A stretch of 64,000 nucleotides of DNA from an uncultured Solirubrobacteraceae bacterium. Lineage in GTDB: Bacteria > Actinomycetota > Thermoleophilia > Solirubrobacterales > Solirubrobacteraceae. Every line of letters starts with the position of its first letter. Position 1 is the first letter of the stretch. The notes beneath the pieces were generated by a model. The model was not told the origin of the DNA. It searched no databases and saw only the letters and a program-made list of their open reading frames with translations. Location: NCBI GenBank assembly GCA_963779605.1, contig CAVZYR010000003.1, positions 1,011,377 through 1,075,376 of the forward strand. The letters run 5' to 3'. Position numbers and translations under genes: made by a program. This document shows positions 48,298 to 58,585 of this stretch, one piece after another.

Positions 48298-49647
48298 TCA
48301 CCCGCCCCCGAGCGCCCGATCGATCCGCCGCAGTGTCTCCTCGCGACCGAGCAGCGCGATGCTCTCGAAGATGCCCGGTGAGATGGTCGTGCCCGAGATG
48401 GCCACGCGCAGCGGCTGGTAGACCTCCCGCGGCTTGGCGGCGCGAGCCTCGACCACCGCTTCTAGCGCCTGCGCCACGCCGGCCTCGTCAAAGCTCGGCG
48501 CCTGCGCGAGCGCCGCACGGGCGTCGCGAAGCGCGGACAGGCCGCTCTCGCCAAGCCAGCGCTCGCGCGCCGCCCGGTCCTCTGTGGGCCCGTCGAACAG
48601 GAACCCGCTCAGTGGCCAGAAGTCCGCGAGCGTGTGGATCTTCTCCTGGCTGATGCGCGCGGCCTGCTCGAGGCCCTCGCGCCCGGTGAAGTCTTCGAGG
48701 CGACGCGTCAGCTCCTCGAGCGGCAGGCTGCGTATGTAGACGCCGTTCAGCCACTTCAGCTTGACCTCGTCGAAGCGGGCCGGATTGCGGCTGATCCGCT
48801 CGAGCGTGAACCGCTCGACGAGCTCCCCGGTGGACAGCACGGTCGCGTCGTCGCCGGCTCCCCAGCCCAGCAGCGCAAGATAGTTGCGGACCGCCGCAGG
48901 CAGGTAGCCCGCTTCTCGCAGCTCCCCCACGGCCGCCGCGCCGTGGCGCTTGGAGAGCTTCTTGCCGTCCGGTCCGTGCAGCAGCGGCAGGTGCGCATAC
49001 ACCGGCATCGGCGCCTGTGGGTCGATTCCGACGGCTTTGGCCGCTTCCAGCACGAGCAGCTGCTTGGGCGTGTTCGAGACGTGATCCTCTCCGCGCACGA
49101 CATGCGTGATGCGGGCGTCGAGATCATCGATCGCCACGGCGAAGTTGTAGAGGACCGACCCGTCCGCCCGCGCGATCACCGGGTCGTCGAGATGGGCATG
49201 CTCGAAGCGCGTGTCACCGCGGATCGCGTCGTGCACGACGGTGGCGCCCTCGGCGGGCACGCGCAGGCGCACGGCGCCCTCCGGCTCGGGCTCGCCGCGG
49301 AACCCCCGCTCGGCCCCGTGTTGCTGCTTGTAGGCCCTCACGTCCTCCGCCGTGGCGCTCGAGCGGTAGGCGTGACCGGCCGAGAGCAGCGCCTCGAGCA
49401 CCTCCCGGTGGCGCCCGGCACGCTCGCTCTGGAGGATCGGGCCTTCGTCCCAGTCGAGCTCGAGCCAGCGCAGGGAGTCGAGGATCTGCTCGACGTTCTC
49501 CGGCGTGGAACGCTCGCGATCGGTGTCCTCGATGCGCAGCACGAGTTCGCCGCCCTCGTGCCTGGCCAGCAGCCAGTTGAACAGCGCGGTGCGCGCGCCG
49601 CCGATGTGCAGCGCGCCCGTGGGCGATGGTGCGAAGCGAACCCTCAT
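48298..49647 (-). CDS. gltX: Glutamyl-tRNA synthetase
   Basis: RFAPSPTGALHIGG, LRIEDTD, VVRGEDH, KLSKRHG. Confidence 0.96.
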   Translation of the reverse strand: MRVRFAPSPTGALHIGGARTALFNWLLARHEGGELVLRIEDTDRERSTPENVEQILDSLRWLELDWDEGPILQSERAGRHREVLEALLSAGHAYRSSATAEDVRAYKQQHGAERGFRGEPEPEGAVRLRVPAEGATVVHDAIRGDTRFEHAHLDDPVIARADGSVLYNFAVAIDDLDARITHVVRGEDHVSNTPKQLLVLEAAKAVGIDPQAPMPVYAHLPLLHGPDGKKLSKRHGAAAVGELREAGYLPAAVRNYLALLGWGAGDDATVLSTGELVERFTLERISRNPARFDEVKLKWLNGVYIRSLPLEELTRRLEDFTGREGLEQAARISQEKIHTLADFWPLSGFLFDGPTEDRAARERWLGESGLSALRDARAALAQAPSFDEAGVAQALEAVVEARAAKPREVYQPLRVAISGTTISPGIFESIALLGREETLRRIDRALGGG

Positions 49648-49658
49648 AATCCGCCCGC

Positions 49659-50534
49659 ATGCTAATCGGAGCGCACGTCTCCCCCGCCGGAGGCCTCGCG
49701 AAGGCGATCGAACGCGGCGTCGAGCGCGGCTGCAGGGCGATCCAGATCTTCAACCAGTCTCCGCGCCAGTGGAAGCCGACCGTCTATCGCGAGGAGGACG
49801 TCGCGGCATTCCGCGAGGCGATGGCGGCCAGTCCGATCGACGCCGTCCTGATTCACGCCGTCTACCTGGTGAACTGCGCCAGCGAGGACCCGGACATCCG
49901 TGCGAAATCGCTGACCTCACTCACGCACTCCCTGCGGGTCGGCCAGCAGATCGGCGCATGCGGGGTGGTTCTTCATCCCGGCTCGGCCAAGACCGGTGAC
50001 GCGCAGGCCGCGATCGCACGCGCCGGCGAGACCGTGCGCGAGGCGCTCGACGACAGCGAGGAGTGCCCGCTTCACCTGGAGAACACCGCGGGGGCCGGCG
50101 GCACCCTCGGCCGATCGACCGACGAGCTCGCGGCGCTGCTCGAGGCCTCGGGCGGTGGGGATCGCCTCGGGCTGTGCCTCGACTCCTGCCATCTGTTCGC
50201 CTCCGGATATGACATCCGCACGAGCAGCGAGGTGGACGGGCTGATCGGCGAGATCGACCACAAGGTCGGGCTGGAGCGCCTGGGCTCCCTGCACCTCAAC
50301 GACTCGCAGACGCCCGTGGGCTCCAACAGGGACCGTCACGCGAACATCGGTGAGGGCGAGATCGGCGAGGATGGCTGCGCCGCTTTCCTAGCCGGCCCTG
50401 CCTTCGATGACCTGCCCTGCATTCTTGAGACGCCTGGCGAGAAACGCAGCGGCCCGGGTCGGGAGGAAGTCGCGCTCGCGGTTGCGCTGCGCGAGCGGGG
50501 CGTCAGCGAGCGCGCCGGCGCCGTTCGCGGCTAG
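49659..50534 (+). CDS. nfo: Endonuclease IV (AP endonuclease)
   Basis: IGAHVS, HAVYLVN, HLENTAG, CLDSCHLFA, HLNDS, DRHANIGEG, ILETP. Confidence 0.93.
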   Translation: MLIGAHVSPAGGLAKAIERGVERGCRAIQIFNQSPRQWKPTVYREEDVAAFREAMAASPIDAVLIHAVYLVNCASEDPDIRAKSLTSLTHSLRVGQQIGACGVVLHPGSAKTGDAQAAIARAGETVREALDDSEECPLHLENTAGAGGTLGRSTDELAALLEASGGGDRLGLCLDSCHLFASGYDIRTSSEVDGLIGEIDHKVGLERLGSLHLNDSQTPVGSNRDRHANIGEGEIGEDGCAAFLAGPAFDDLPCILETPGEKRSGPGREEVALAVALRERGVSERAGAVRG

Positions 50535-53500
50535 CCCGTGGCCGACGCCTCAACCACCTGAGCGAGCGCGTGCTCGAGCTCGGCGCGCAGCGTCGAGGTG
50601 TGCTGAACGCGATAGGCCTCGCCGAGACGCAGCCGGCGCGTACCGGAGCTCGTATCGATGTCGATCAGCACCTCCGCCGGGCCCGGGAAATCCTCGATCG
50701 CGTGCTTGAGCTCATCGATCGTGGCGCTCGAAAGGGAATCGACCGATACGCGCAGATGCACCGGCTGGGCGAGCGTCGTCGCCGTGCGGGCGGCCGCCTC
50801 GGCCTCGGCTCGGGCCCGCTCGATCTCCTCCTGAGAGGGTGCGAAGGGTTCCACCGTCTGCACCACCAGGCAGGTCGCGCCGGCTTCCTTGTGGTCCACG
50901 CGACCCTTCACGAGCACCACCTCGTCGACCCTCAGCGCCTGCTCGTGCTCGGCCAGCGCCTTGCCGAACACCAGCAGCTCGACGGACCCCTCGAGGTCGT
51001 CGAGGGTGGCGAACATCATGTGATCGCCGTTGCGCGTGCGGATGCGCTTGGCCTCGGTGATGATGCCGCCGACGGTCACCCAGTCCTTGTCGCGGCGATC
51101 CGCAAGCGAGGAGAGCTGGCAGTCGGCGCGTGCGCGCAGCGCCTCGCGCAGGGGCTTCAGCGGATGCGCGGATACGAACAGCCCGATCGCTTCCTTCTCG
51201 ACCGCCAGGAGCTCCGCCTGCTCGAACTCCTCGGCCGGGATCGGCGGGTGGATCGGGCGACCGAGCCCGGCCGGGGCGGGTGCTCCCGCGGCCGGCGGCG
51301 GGAGATCGTCCTGCAGATCGAAGATCGAGCCCTGGCCCGTGAGGGCGTCCTGTTGGATCTTCTGGCCGGCTCCCTGCGCCTGCTCGAGCACCGCGAGCAT
51401 GCCCTTGCGGCTCGCGCCGGTCGAACCGAACGCCCCGCACTTGATCAGGGCGTCGATCGCCTTCTTGTTCACGGTGCGGCTGTCGACGCGCTCGCAGAAG
51501 TCCCACAGCGAGCCGAACTCGCCGCCCTCATCGCGCGCCCGCTTGATCGCCTCGACCGCCTGATAGCCGACGCCCTTGACCGCGTCCAGGCCGAAGCGGA
51601 TGTTGCCCACGCGGCCGTCGGTTCCGGCCTCGCGGGCCGCCTGCCCCGGCGCCTCGACGGTGAACTCGTGGTCTGAGAGGTTGACGTCCGGCGGCAGTAT
51701 CTCGATGCCCATCTCCTCGCAGCGGGCGACGAAGAAGGGCACCTTGTCCTTCGTCGACATCACCGAGGAGATCAGCGCCGCCATGTACTCGGCGGTGTGG
51801 TTGGCCTTCAGCCACGCGGTGCGATAGGAGATCAGCGCGTAGCAGGCGGCGTGGCTCTTGTTGAAGGAGTAGTCCGCCGACTTTTCGTTCGTCTGCCAGA
51901 GGAACTCGACGACCTCCGAGCTCGTGCCCGAGGCGCGGCAGCCCTCGACGAACTCCGGCTTGAGCGCGGCCATCGCCGCCCGGTTCTTCTTGCCGATCGC
52001 CTTGCGCAGGTCGTCCGCCTTGGCCCCGGAGAAGCCGGCCAGCTCCTTGGAGATCTGCATCGCCTGCTCCTGGTAGAGGATCACGCCCTTGGAGGAGCGC
52101 AGGATCTCCCGCAGCCGCTCATCCGGGTAGGAGATCGCCTCGGGGTTGTGCTTGCCCCTAGCATAGACCGGGATCTGGTCCATCGCGCCCGGACGGTAGA
52201 GGGCACCGAGCGCAATGAGGTCGTTGAACTCGTCCGGGCGCACCTTCTTGAGCGCCTCGCGCATGCCCTCGGACTCGAACTGGAACACGCCCGTTGAGTC
52301 GCCGCGTGCGAGCATCTCGTAGGTGGCGGGGTCATCGAGCGGCAGCGTCGTCATGTCCGGGCGCTCGCCGCTCGAGCGCTCGATGATGTCCAGCGCATCC
52401 TCAATCACGTCGAGGTTGCGCAGGCCGAGGAAGTCCATCTTGAGCAGGCCGATGTCCTCGATCGGCTTCATCGAGAACTGGGTGACGGTGCGGAATATCC
52501 GCTCGCCGTCCTCGTCGGTGCCGGCGTCGGCGAGCTGCAGCGGCACGATGTCCGTGAGCGGGCCCTCGGCGATGACGACCGCCGCGGCGTGGATCGAGGA
52601 GTTGCGCACGATGCCCTCGAGGCCGCGCGCGACGTCGACGATCTTGCGCGCGTCGGGCTCCTCGTCGTAGGCCTTGCGCAGGGACTGGCCGTCCTTCAGG
52701 CACTCGTCGAACGACGGCGCACGGCCCATGATCGGATCCGGGATCAGCTTCGCCAGCCGATCGCCCGTGCCGTAGTCGAAGCCCAGAACGCGCGCCGCGT
52801 CGCGGGTCGCCGCGCGCGGGAACATCTTGCCGAATGTGACGATCTGGGCGACCGACTCGCGCCCGTACTTCTCGGTCACGTAGCGCATCACGCGCTCGCG
52901 CCCGCGCACTGAGAAGTCGATGTCGATGTCCGGCATCGACACGCGCTCGGGGTTCAGGAAGCGCTCGAACAGGAGGTCGTAGCGCAGCGGATCCACGTCG
53001 GTTATGGCCAGGCAGTAGGCCACGATCGAACCGGCCGCCGAGCCGCGTCCGGGACCGACGGCGATACCGCTCTCCTTGGCGAACTTGACGAAGTCCCAGA
53101 CGATCAGGAAGTAGGCGTTGAAGCCCATGCGGTCGATCACCCCGAGCTCCATCTCCACGCGCTCGCTCGCCGCCGCGGGCGGCGGATCGCCGTAGCGCAG
53201 GCGCAGTCCCTCCTGCACGCGTGCGCGCAGGTACTCGCGCTCGGGGCTCCCGTCGGGGGTCTGGAAACCCGGGATCAGCTGCTTGCCGAGCTCGAGCTCC
53301 ACCGAGCAGCGCTCGGCGATCTCGAGCGTGCTCGCGATCGCCTCGGGCCACTCCGCGAAGGCGGCCGCCATCTCTCCTGAGTCGCGCAGGTAGAACTCGT
53401 TCGTTTCGAACGTCATCTTGGGTGCGGCGATCGTGCTCTTGGTCTGCACGCACAAGAGCGCGGTGTGGTGGTCGTAGTCCTCGCGGCGCAAGTAGTGCAC

Positions 53501-54121
53501 GTCGCCTGTGCCGACCAGCCTGCCCCCCACTTCGCGCGCGATGCGCACGATCCCCTCGTTGCACTTGTCCTGCGGCGTGAGCCCGTTCTTCTGAACCTCG
53601 AAGTAGACGTTGTCCGCGCCCAACACCGACAGCAGCTCGTCCGCGTGCGCGCGCGCATCCGCGACGCGGTCCTCCAGCAGGCGCTGGCAGAAGCGCGAGG
53701 CCAGGCAGCCGGTCAGCGCTATCACGCCGTCTGAGTAGCGCTCCACCTGGGCCAGGTCCACGGTCGGCTTGCCCCGCTGCAGGCCCTCGAGAAAGCCGGC
53801 CGAGGAGAGCTTGACGAGGTTGCGGTAGCCCGCGTCGTCGGCGGCGAGCAGCGTCAGGTGGTTGCGCTCGGTCTTGCCGTGGGCGGCGGCGGCGTGGTCG
53901 TCGACGAGATAGATCTCGCATCCGATGATCGGCTTCACGCCGTGCTTTGCGCACGCCTTGTGGAGCTCCACGGCGCCGTTCATGACACCGTGGTCGGTCA
54001 ATCCGAGGGCCGGCTGGCCGAACTCGGCGGCGCGCGCCGCCAGCGCGTCGATCTTGCACGCGCCGTCGAGCAGCGAGTACTCGGAGTGCACGTGCAGGTG
54101 GGCGCAGGCCGAGGTGCTCAC
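50531..54121 (-). CDS. dnaE: DNA polymerase III alpha subunit
   Basis: PHP domain HLHVHSEYSLLDG, GRGSAAGS, SMPDIDIDF, LKMDFLGLRNL, YSFNKSHAACY, OB fold; no intein seen. Confidence 0.97.
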   Translation of the reverse strand: MSTSACAHLHVHSEYSLLDGACKIDALAARAAEFGQPALGLTDHGVMNGAVELHKACAKHGVKPIIGCEIYLVDDHAAAAHGKTERNHLTLLAADDAGYRNLVKLSSAGFLEGLQRGKPTVDLAQVERYSDGVIALTGCLASRFCQRLLEDRVADARAHADELLSVLGADNVYFEVQKNGLTPQDKCNEGIVRIAREVGGRLVGTGDVHYLRREDYDHHTALLCVQTKSTIAAPKMTFETNEFYLRDSGEMAAAFAEWPEAIASTLEIAERCSVELELGKQLIPGFQTPDGSPEREYLRARVQEGLRLRYGDPPPAAASERVEMELGVIDRMGFNAYFLIVWDFVKFAKESGIAVGPGRGSAAGSIVAYCLAITDVDPLRYDLLFERFLNPERVSMPDIDIDFSVRGRERVMRYVTEKYGRESVAQIVTFGKMFPRAATRDAARVLGFDYGTGDRLAKLIPDPIMGRAPSFDECLKDGQSLRKAYDEEPDARKIVDVARGLEGIVRNSSIHAAAVVIAEGPLTDIVPLQLADAGTDEDGERIFRTVTQFSMKPIEDIGLLKMDFLGLRNLDVIEDALDIIERSSGERPDMTTLPLDDPATYEMLARGDSTGVFQFESEGMREALKKVRPDEFNDLIALGALYRPGAMDQIPVYARGKHNPEAISYPDERLREILRSSKGVILYQEQAMQISKELAGFSGAKADDLRKAIGKKNRAAMAALKPEFVEGCRASGTSSEVVEFLWQTNEKSADYSFNKSHAACYALISYRTAWLKANHTAEYMAALISSVMSTKDKVPFFVARCEEMGIEILPPDVNLSDHEFTVEAPGQAAREAGTDGRVGNIRFGLDAVKGVGYQAVEAIKRARDEGGEFGSLWDFCERVDSRTVNKKAIDALIKCGAFGSTGASRKGMLAVLEQAQGAGQKIQQDALTGQGSIFDLQDDLPPPAAGAPAPAGLGRPIHPPIPAEEFEQAELLAVEKEAIGLFVSAHPLKPLREALRARADCQLSSLADRRDKDWVTVGGIITEAKRIRTRNGDHMMFATLDDLEGSVELLVFGKALAEHEQALRVDEVVLVKGRVDHKEAGATCLVVQTVEPFAPSQEEIERARAEAEAAARTATTLAQPVHLRVSVDSLSSATIDELKHAIEDFPGPAEVLIDIDTSSGTRRLRLGEAYRVQHTSTLRAELEHALAQVVEASATG

Positions 54122-55272
54122 TGCGACTGCATGCTAGGCGGCCCCGCGGCGGCTGCGCGGCGCGCGCGGCGCTCTTTGCGTCTTATCGAGCGCCTCCTGA
54201 ACCACGACATCGTGTGCCTGTGCGGCGGGCGCTTCGCACCGGGCGCTTCGGACTCCTCAGGCCTCGCCCCACTGGAGACGCGCTGGGCCTGCTGTGCGCC
54301 CGCGGGCGGAAGCTCCACATCTCCGCCGACGTCCTCCACGCGGGCGCGCAGGCGCTCGACGGCCGCGGCGAGGGCCTCGGTCATCTCCTCGCGGTGGGCG
54401 CTCGGCGAGGCGCTCCACGCGCCGGCGGAGGCATCGAGCCGGCGGGGTGTTGGATCCGCGCGAGGCGGGCGCTCGGGTGCGGGCTCGGCCGGCGCCGGCG
54501 CCGGCGCCGTGGCGGCGCTCAGCCTGGCGACGACGCCTCTGAGCTCCCTGACCACGCCCACCAGGCGGCGATAGCCGAGGCGCATGCGCTCGAGCAGCTG
54601 CTCCGAGCGTATGCGCGCAGCCCGCTCGACCTCGAGGTCCTCGTGCAGTTGGATCGCCCGGCGCTCGAGCTCGGCCAGCCGCGCCTGAAACTCCTTCTCG
54701 GCCCGGCGCCAGGCCGCCAGTTCGGCCGCAGCCGCCTGCTCCGCCTCGGCCAGCTCGCGCTGGAGGGCCTCGAGCTGTCGGTTCAGCGCGCGCGCGTCGC
54801 GCTCGCTCGTGCTCAGACGTCGGCCGAGCCGCTCGATCTCAAGGCGGCTCTCCCGTTCCAGGTCGATGCTGCGATCCTCGGCCTCGAGGCGCAGCTGCTG
54901 CTCGGCGTACTCGCGCTGCCTTGCGCGCCGCAGCTCCTGCTCGCTCGACCCCCTCCGTTCGATCGCCGGCGTCGGCTGCTGCTGCTGGACCCCGCCGTGC
55001 TCGGATATGCGCCGCTGTTCGGCCTCTGCCTCGCGCAGGCGCTGCTGAAGGCTTGCCAGGTGCGCCTCGAGTGTCCGCACGGTCGCCTCCGCCGCCTCGG
55101 CGCGGCGGATCAGCGCGGCATCGCCCGACTCCACGGCACGGCGCGCGCGGCGTTCGGCGAGCAGGTCGCCCTCGGACCTGCGCCCGCGGCCTTCGGGACC
55201 CAGCCCGCCGGACTGTGCGCCCGATCCGGAGCCGCCGCCCGGCGTCTCGCTGCCCTCTGCCATCACGATCAT
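54118..55272 (-). CDS. Hypothetical long coiled-coil protein
   Basis: Heptad-rich E/R/L/A sequence; 4-nt overlap with the dnaE start; start uncertain (55272 or 55263). Confidence 0.75.
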   Translation of the reverse strand: MIVMAEGSETPGGGSGSGAQSGGLGPEGRGRRSEGDLLAERRARRAVESGDAALIRRAEAAEATVRTLEAHLASLQQRLREAEAEQRRISEHGGVQQQQPTPAIERRGSSEQELRRARQREYAEQQLRLEAEDRSIDLERESRLEIERLGRRLSTSERDARALNRQLEALQRELAEAEQAAAAELAAWRRAEKEFQARLAELERRAIQLHEDLEVERAARIRSEQLLERMRLGYRRLVGVVRELRGVVARLSAATAPAPAPAEPAPERPPRADPTPRRLDASAGAWSASPSAHREEMTEALAAAVERLRARVEDVGGDVELPPAGAQQAQRVSSGARPEESEAPGAKRPPHRHTMSWFRRRSIRRKERRARRAAAAGPPSMQSQ

Positions 55273-55353
55273 CGCAAGCTACGGTGCCGGCCGGACGGTC
55301 CCGGGGACGTCGCTCACAGCGACTCAGCCAAGCCGCCCCGCGCGGCGCGAGGC

Positions 55354-55518
55354 TCAGCCGCCGAGGCGGCGCGCGATGATCGCCATCGCGACGAGTGCCA
55401 GCCCGCCGACGAGGCCGTTCCTCACCAGCGTGCGCGTGGGCGGCAGCCTGCGCCGCAGATACCACTTGCCCCCGCGCCACAGGACATAGCCGACGAACTT
55501 GATTGCCAGCGCGTTCAC
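55354..55518 (-). CDS. Small membrane-associated protein (54 aa)
   Basis: VNALAIKFVGYVLWRGGKWYLRRRL...GLVGGLALVAMAIIARRLGG; TAGAAT-N7-GTG leaderless promoter. Confidence 0.7.
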   Translation of the reverse strand: MNALAIKFVGYVLWRGGKWYLRRRLPPTRTLVRNGLVGGLALVAMAIIARRLGG

Positions 55519-55538
55519 GGGCGCAATTCTAGCTGCGG

Positions 55539-56816
55539 TCAGCTCTCCTCGCGCAGGCGCCAGGCCATTCGCGACTGCAGTGACCACAGCTCGATGAACC
55601 CGGGTGAGGCGGCCTGCGAGAAGAGCCCGCCGGACTGCGCGAACGACGCGAGCGTCGCGTCGTAGAGGGCGTTGGCGGAGGAGCGGGTGATCACGCGCGC
55701 CGCTCCCTTGTACAGCTTCACGCCGATAGTCCCGCTGACCCGATCGTTGACGCGCTCCATGTATGCGTCCAGATCGGCGCGCAGCGGCTCCCACCAAAGC
55801 CCGGCGTAGACGAGGTAGGCCCACTGGCGCTCGAGCTGTGGCTTGAACTGGTTCTGGTGGATCGTGCACACGAGGCGCTCGAGCTCCTGGTGGGCCGGCA
55901 AGAGGATCGCCGCCGCGGGCACCTCGTAGATGTCGCGCACCTTCAGCCCGACGATGCGGTCCTCGATGTGATCGACGATGCCCACGCCGTGGCGCGCGCC
56001 GATCTCCGCGACGCGTTCGAGCAGCTCGACCAGCTCCATGCGCGTCCCGTCGAGCGCGACCGGCACCCCGCGGTCGAACTCCACCTCCACGACCTGGGGA
56101 TCCTCGGGCGCGTCCTCGGGCCTTCTCACGAGCTGGAAGACGTCGTCCTCGGGCGCGTGCTCGAGGTCCTCGATCCAGCGGCCCTCCGAGGAGCGCCCCC
56201 ACAGGTTGTCGTCGATCGAGTACGGCGGCGCGGACTCGGCGCCCTCCCCCACGCTGGACTTGATCGGTATGCCGTGCTCGCGCGCGTATGCGATCTCCTC
56301 CTCGCGGCCCATCTGCCACGAGCGCACCGGTGCGATCACCTTCAGCTCGGGCGCGAGCGTCGCGACGGTCGCCTCGATCCGGACCTGGTCGTTGCCCTTG
56401 CCCGTGCAGCCGTGGGCGATCGTGTCGCAGCCGCTCGTGCGCGCGTACTCCACGGCCAGCTTCGCGATCAGCGGACGGCCGAGCGCGGTGAACAGCGGAT
56501 AGCGCCCGTACAGCGCGTTGGCCCGGATCGCGGGGGTGACGTACTCGCGCGCGAACTCCTCCCGCGCGTCCACCACGTGGCACTCGAGCGCGCCCAGCCT
56601 GAGCGCCTTGCCCTTGATCACCTCGTAGTCCTCGCCGGGCTGTCCGAGGTTGACCGTCAGGCAGACGACCTCGGCGTCGTAGGAGTCCTGGATCCACTTG
56701 AGCATCACGCTCGTGTCAAGGCCGCCCGAGTAGAGCAGAAGGACGCGCCCGACCGAAGCCGGGTCGGCCTCGTAGGTGGCCGTGCGGGCGAAGGAGATCT
56801 CATCAGGCGTGCTCAT
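55539..56816 (-). CDS. argG: Argininosuccinate synthase
   Basis: LYSGGLDTS, HGCTGKGNDQVR, YSIDDNLWGRSSEG, RDIYEVP. Confidence 0.95.
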   Translation of the reverse strand: MSTPDEISFARTATYEADPASVGRVLLLYSGGLDTSVMLKWIQDSYDAEVVCLTVNLGQPGEDYEVIKGKALRLGALECHVVDAREEFAREYVTPAIRANALYGRYPLFTALGRPLIAKLAVEYARTSGCDTIAHGCTGKGNDQVRIEATVATLAPELKVIAPVRSWQMGREEEIAYAREHGIPIKSSVGEGAESAPPYSIDDNLWGRSSEGRWIEDLEHAPEDDVFQLVRRPEDAPEDPQVVEVEFDRGVPVALDGTRMELVELLERVAEIGARHGVGIVDHIEDRIVGLKVRDIYEVPAAAILLPAHQELERLVCTIHQNQFKPQLERQWAYLVYAGLWWEPLRADLDAYMERVNDRVSGTIGVKLYKGAARVITRSSANALYDATLASFAQSGGLFSQAASPGFIELWSLQSRMAWRLREES

Positions 56817-56917
56817 CGGGCGCCTAGGCTATCGTCCGCGCGGAGCCGAGGGCGAGGGCGAGCCAACGTCGGGAGGGCGAGGGCGAGCCCACGTCGGCGC
56901 CCGCCGCGGGCGCCGCT

Positions 56918-58471
56918 CTAACGCCGGGGGTGCTTGGACTTGGCCTTCCGCCTGCGAGACGGCGGGCGCAGCGTGGCCGAGCGCACGAGCGGCTTGGCCG
57001 GGCGAAGGCCCGCCGCGTTCGTGACGAGCGTGGTGAAGGTGATGAGCCTGTTGTAGGGAAGCCTCGTGGCCGTCGCGCGGTAGTGGCCGGCGGAGGTGCT
57101 GCTGAGCGGCATCGTCAGCGACACCGTCCGCTTGCACGTCGATCGTTTGGCCGAGCGCCCCCGCTTCCGCTTGCCCTTCTTGACCGGGCAGCTGGCGGTG
57201 AGCGTGTAGCTGGCGCGTGATGTGACGCCGAGCGCGACGGCGTAGGGGTCGCTCGCGGCGATCGACACCGAGCAGTCCTGCAGATGGCATCGCGGACCGC
57301 TGAGCGAGCCCGCCGGTCGGGCGCTGTCGGCCGCGACCGGAGCGCTCGTGGCGCTGCGGTAGGTGCTCACGCCCCCGCCGTTGGTGGCCTGCACGATGCA
57401 CACCAGCGGGAAGTCGATGAGGCTCGCCGGAGGGGCGTAGACGTTCCTCGGCCCGCTCTGCAGCACCCGCTGGGAGGCGTCTTCCACCTCGAAGGTGTAG
57501 GTGAACGAGGGCGAGCCGCTCCATCCCCCCGGTTCGCAGCTCAGCGGGCTGAAGTCGACGGGGCCGGCGCCCACCGCTCTGATCACCGGCGGCGAGGTCG
57601 GGCGTGCCGCGACCGGCGGGGATTCGCTGCCTTCGATGAAATCGCGAACCTCCGGCGCCGCCACGTTGGTGAAGCCGTCGGGCCGTTCCGCCGGGCAACC
57701 CTGCAGGCCGAAGTCCACAATGCCGACCTGCACGGCCGGATTGCCCTCGGTCAGAGCGCCGCCGCTGTCCCCGCGGCATGTCGAGGAGGTCGAGCTGATC
57801 GCGCACAGCAGCACCGCGGAGTTGACTCCGACCGCTCCGCGGCAGGGGTCGCTGGCGACCGCGGTCAGCGACGTCGAGTAGAGCTTGCCGTTCGGTTCGG
57901 CGTTTTCGGCGCCGTTCTCGAGGCCGTATCCGCTGACCGACAGCGGGGTTCCGGGCGCGGGCGTGGCGCCGATCGGAACGAGCGGGATGGCCTCGGCGTT
58001 CATCGCCTGAGACAGGGTGAGCGCTTTCGAGAGGGTCAGCACGGCGACGTCGTCCTTGGTTTCCGGCAGGCGCGTGAAGTAGGGGTGCTGGCGGACGTGA
58101 CTGACGCCCGTCACCTGCCTCGTGGTCGACGACCCCAGGGTCGTCGAGGCCCCGGCCACGACCGTGAAGTCGGCGGGCGGGTGCTGGACGGTCGTGCCCT
58201 CGGCGTCGACGCAGTGGGCGGCGGTGAGCACGTGCGTGGCATCGAGGATCGACCCGCCGCAGGCGGCGATGACGCGATAGCCGCCTTCTTCGAATTCGGA
58301 TTCGACGTAGACCTGCCAGGGGAACTGCGAGATCGACGCTTCCTGGCCGCCGACGATGAAGGGCGTGAGCGATTCCCGCCCGCCGGCGGCGGCGCTCACG
58401 GACGGTGCCAGGGCAAGGACGCAGGCGATCGGCCCGAGGACCGTCGCAATCAGCGCGGGCGCGCGCTTCAT
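56918..58471 (-). CDS. Secreted trypsin-like (S1) serine protease with C-terminal accessory domains
   Basis: Signal peptide, IVGG N-terminus, CGGSIL, LTAAHC, DDVAVL, CRGDSGGAL; Ig-like segments and basic stretches at the C-terminus. Confidence 0.9.
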   Translation of the reverse strand: MKRAPALIATVLGPIACVLALAPSVSAAAGGRESLTPFIVGGQEASISQFPWQVYVESEFEEGGYRVIAACGGSILDATHVLTAAHCVDAEGTTVQHPPADFTVVAGASTTLGSSTTRQVTGVSHVRQHPYFTRLPETKDDVAVLTLSKALTLSQAMNAEAIPLVPIGATPAPGTPLSVSGYGLENGAENAEPNGKLYSTSLTAVASDPCRGAVGVNSAVLLCAISSTSSTCRGDSGGALTEGNPAVQVGIVDFGLQGCPAERPDGFTNVAAPEVRDFIEGSESPPVAARPTSPPVIRAVGAGPVDFSPLSCEPGGWSGSPSFTYTFEVEDASQRVLQSGPRNVYAPPASLIDFPLVCIVQATNGGGVSTYRSATSAPVAADSARPAGSLSGPRCHLQDCSVSIAASDPYAVALGVTSRASYTLTASCPVKKGKRKRGRSAKRSTCKRTVSLTMPLSSTSAGHYRATATRLPYNRLITFTTLVTNAAGLRPAKPLVRSATLRPPSRRRKAKSKHPRR

Positions 58472-58585
58472 CAACACATTCGCTGATCGGTCGCGGCGCG
58501 CCCGTGCTTAAGCGATCGGCCCCGGTCTCCGCGCCCTTTCTAGGGTCGCTGCCGCGCGACGCGGCGCGCCGGCGGCGCGCGCCGG

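Noticed and set aside
50531-54121. Intein or split in dnaE
   Set aside because: Length (1196 aa) and continuous motifs fit an uninterrupted alpha subunit; only short low-complexity insertions.
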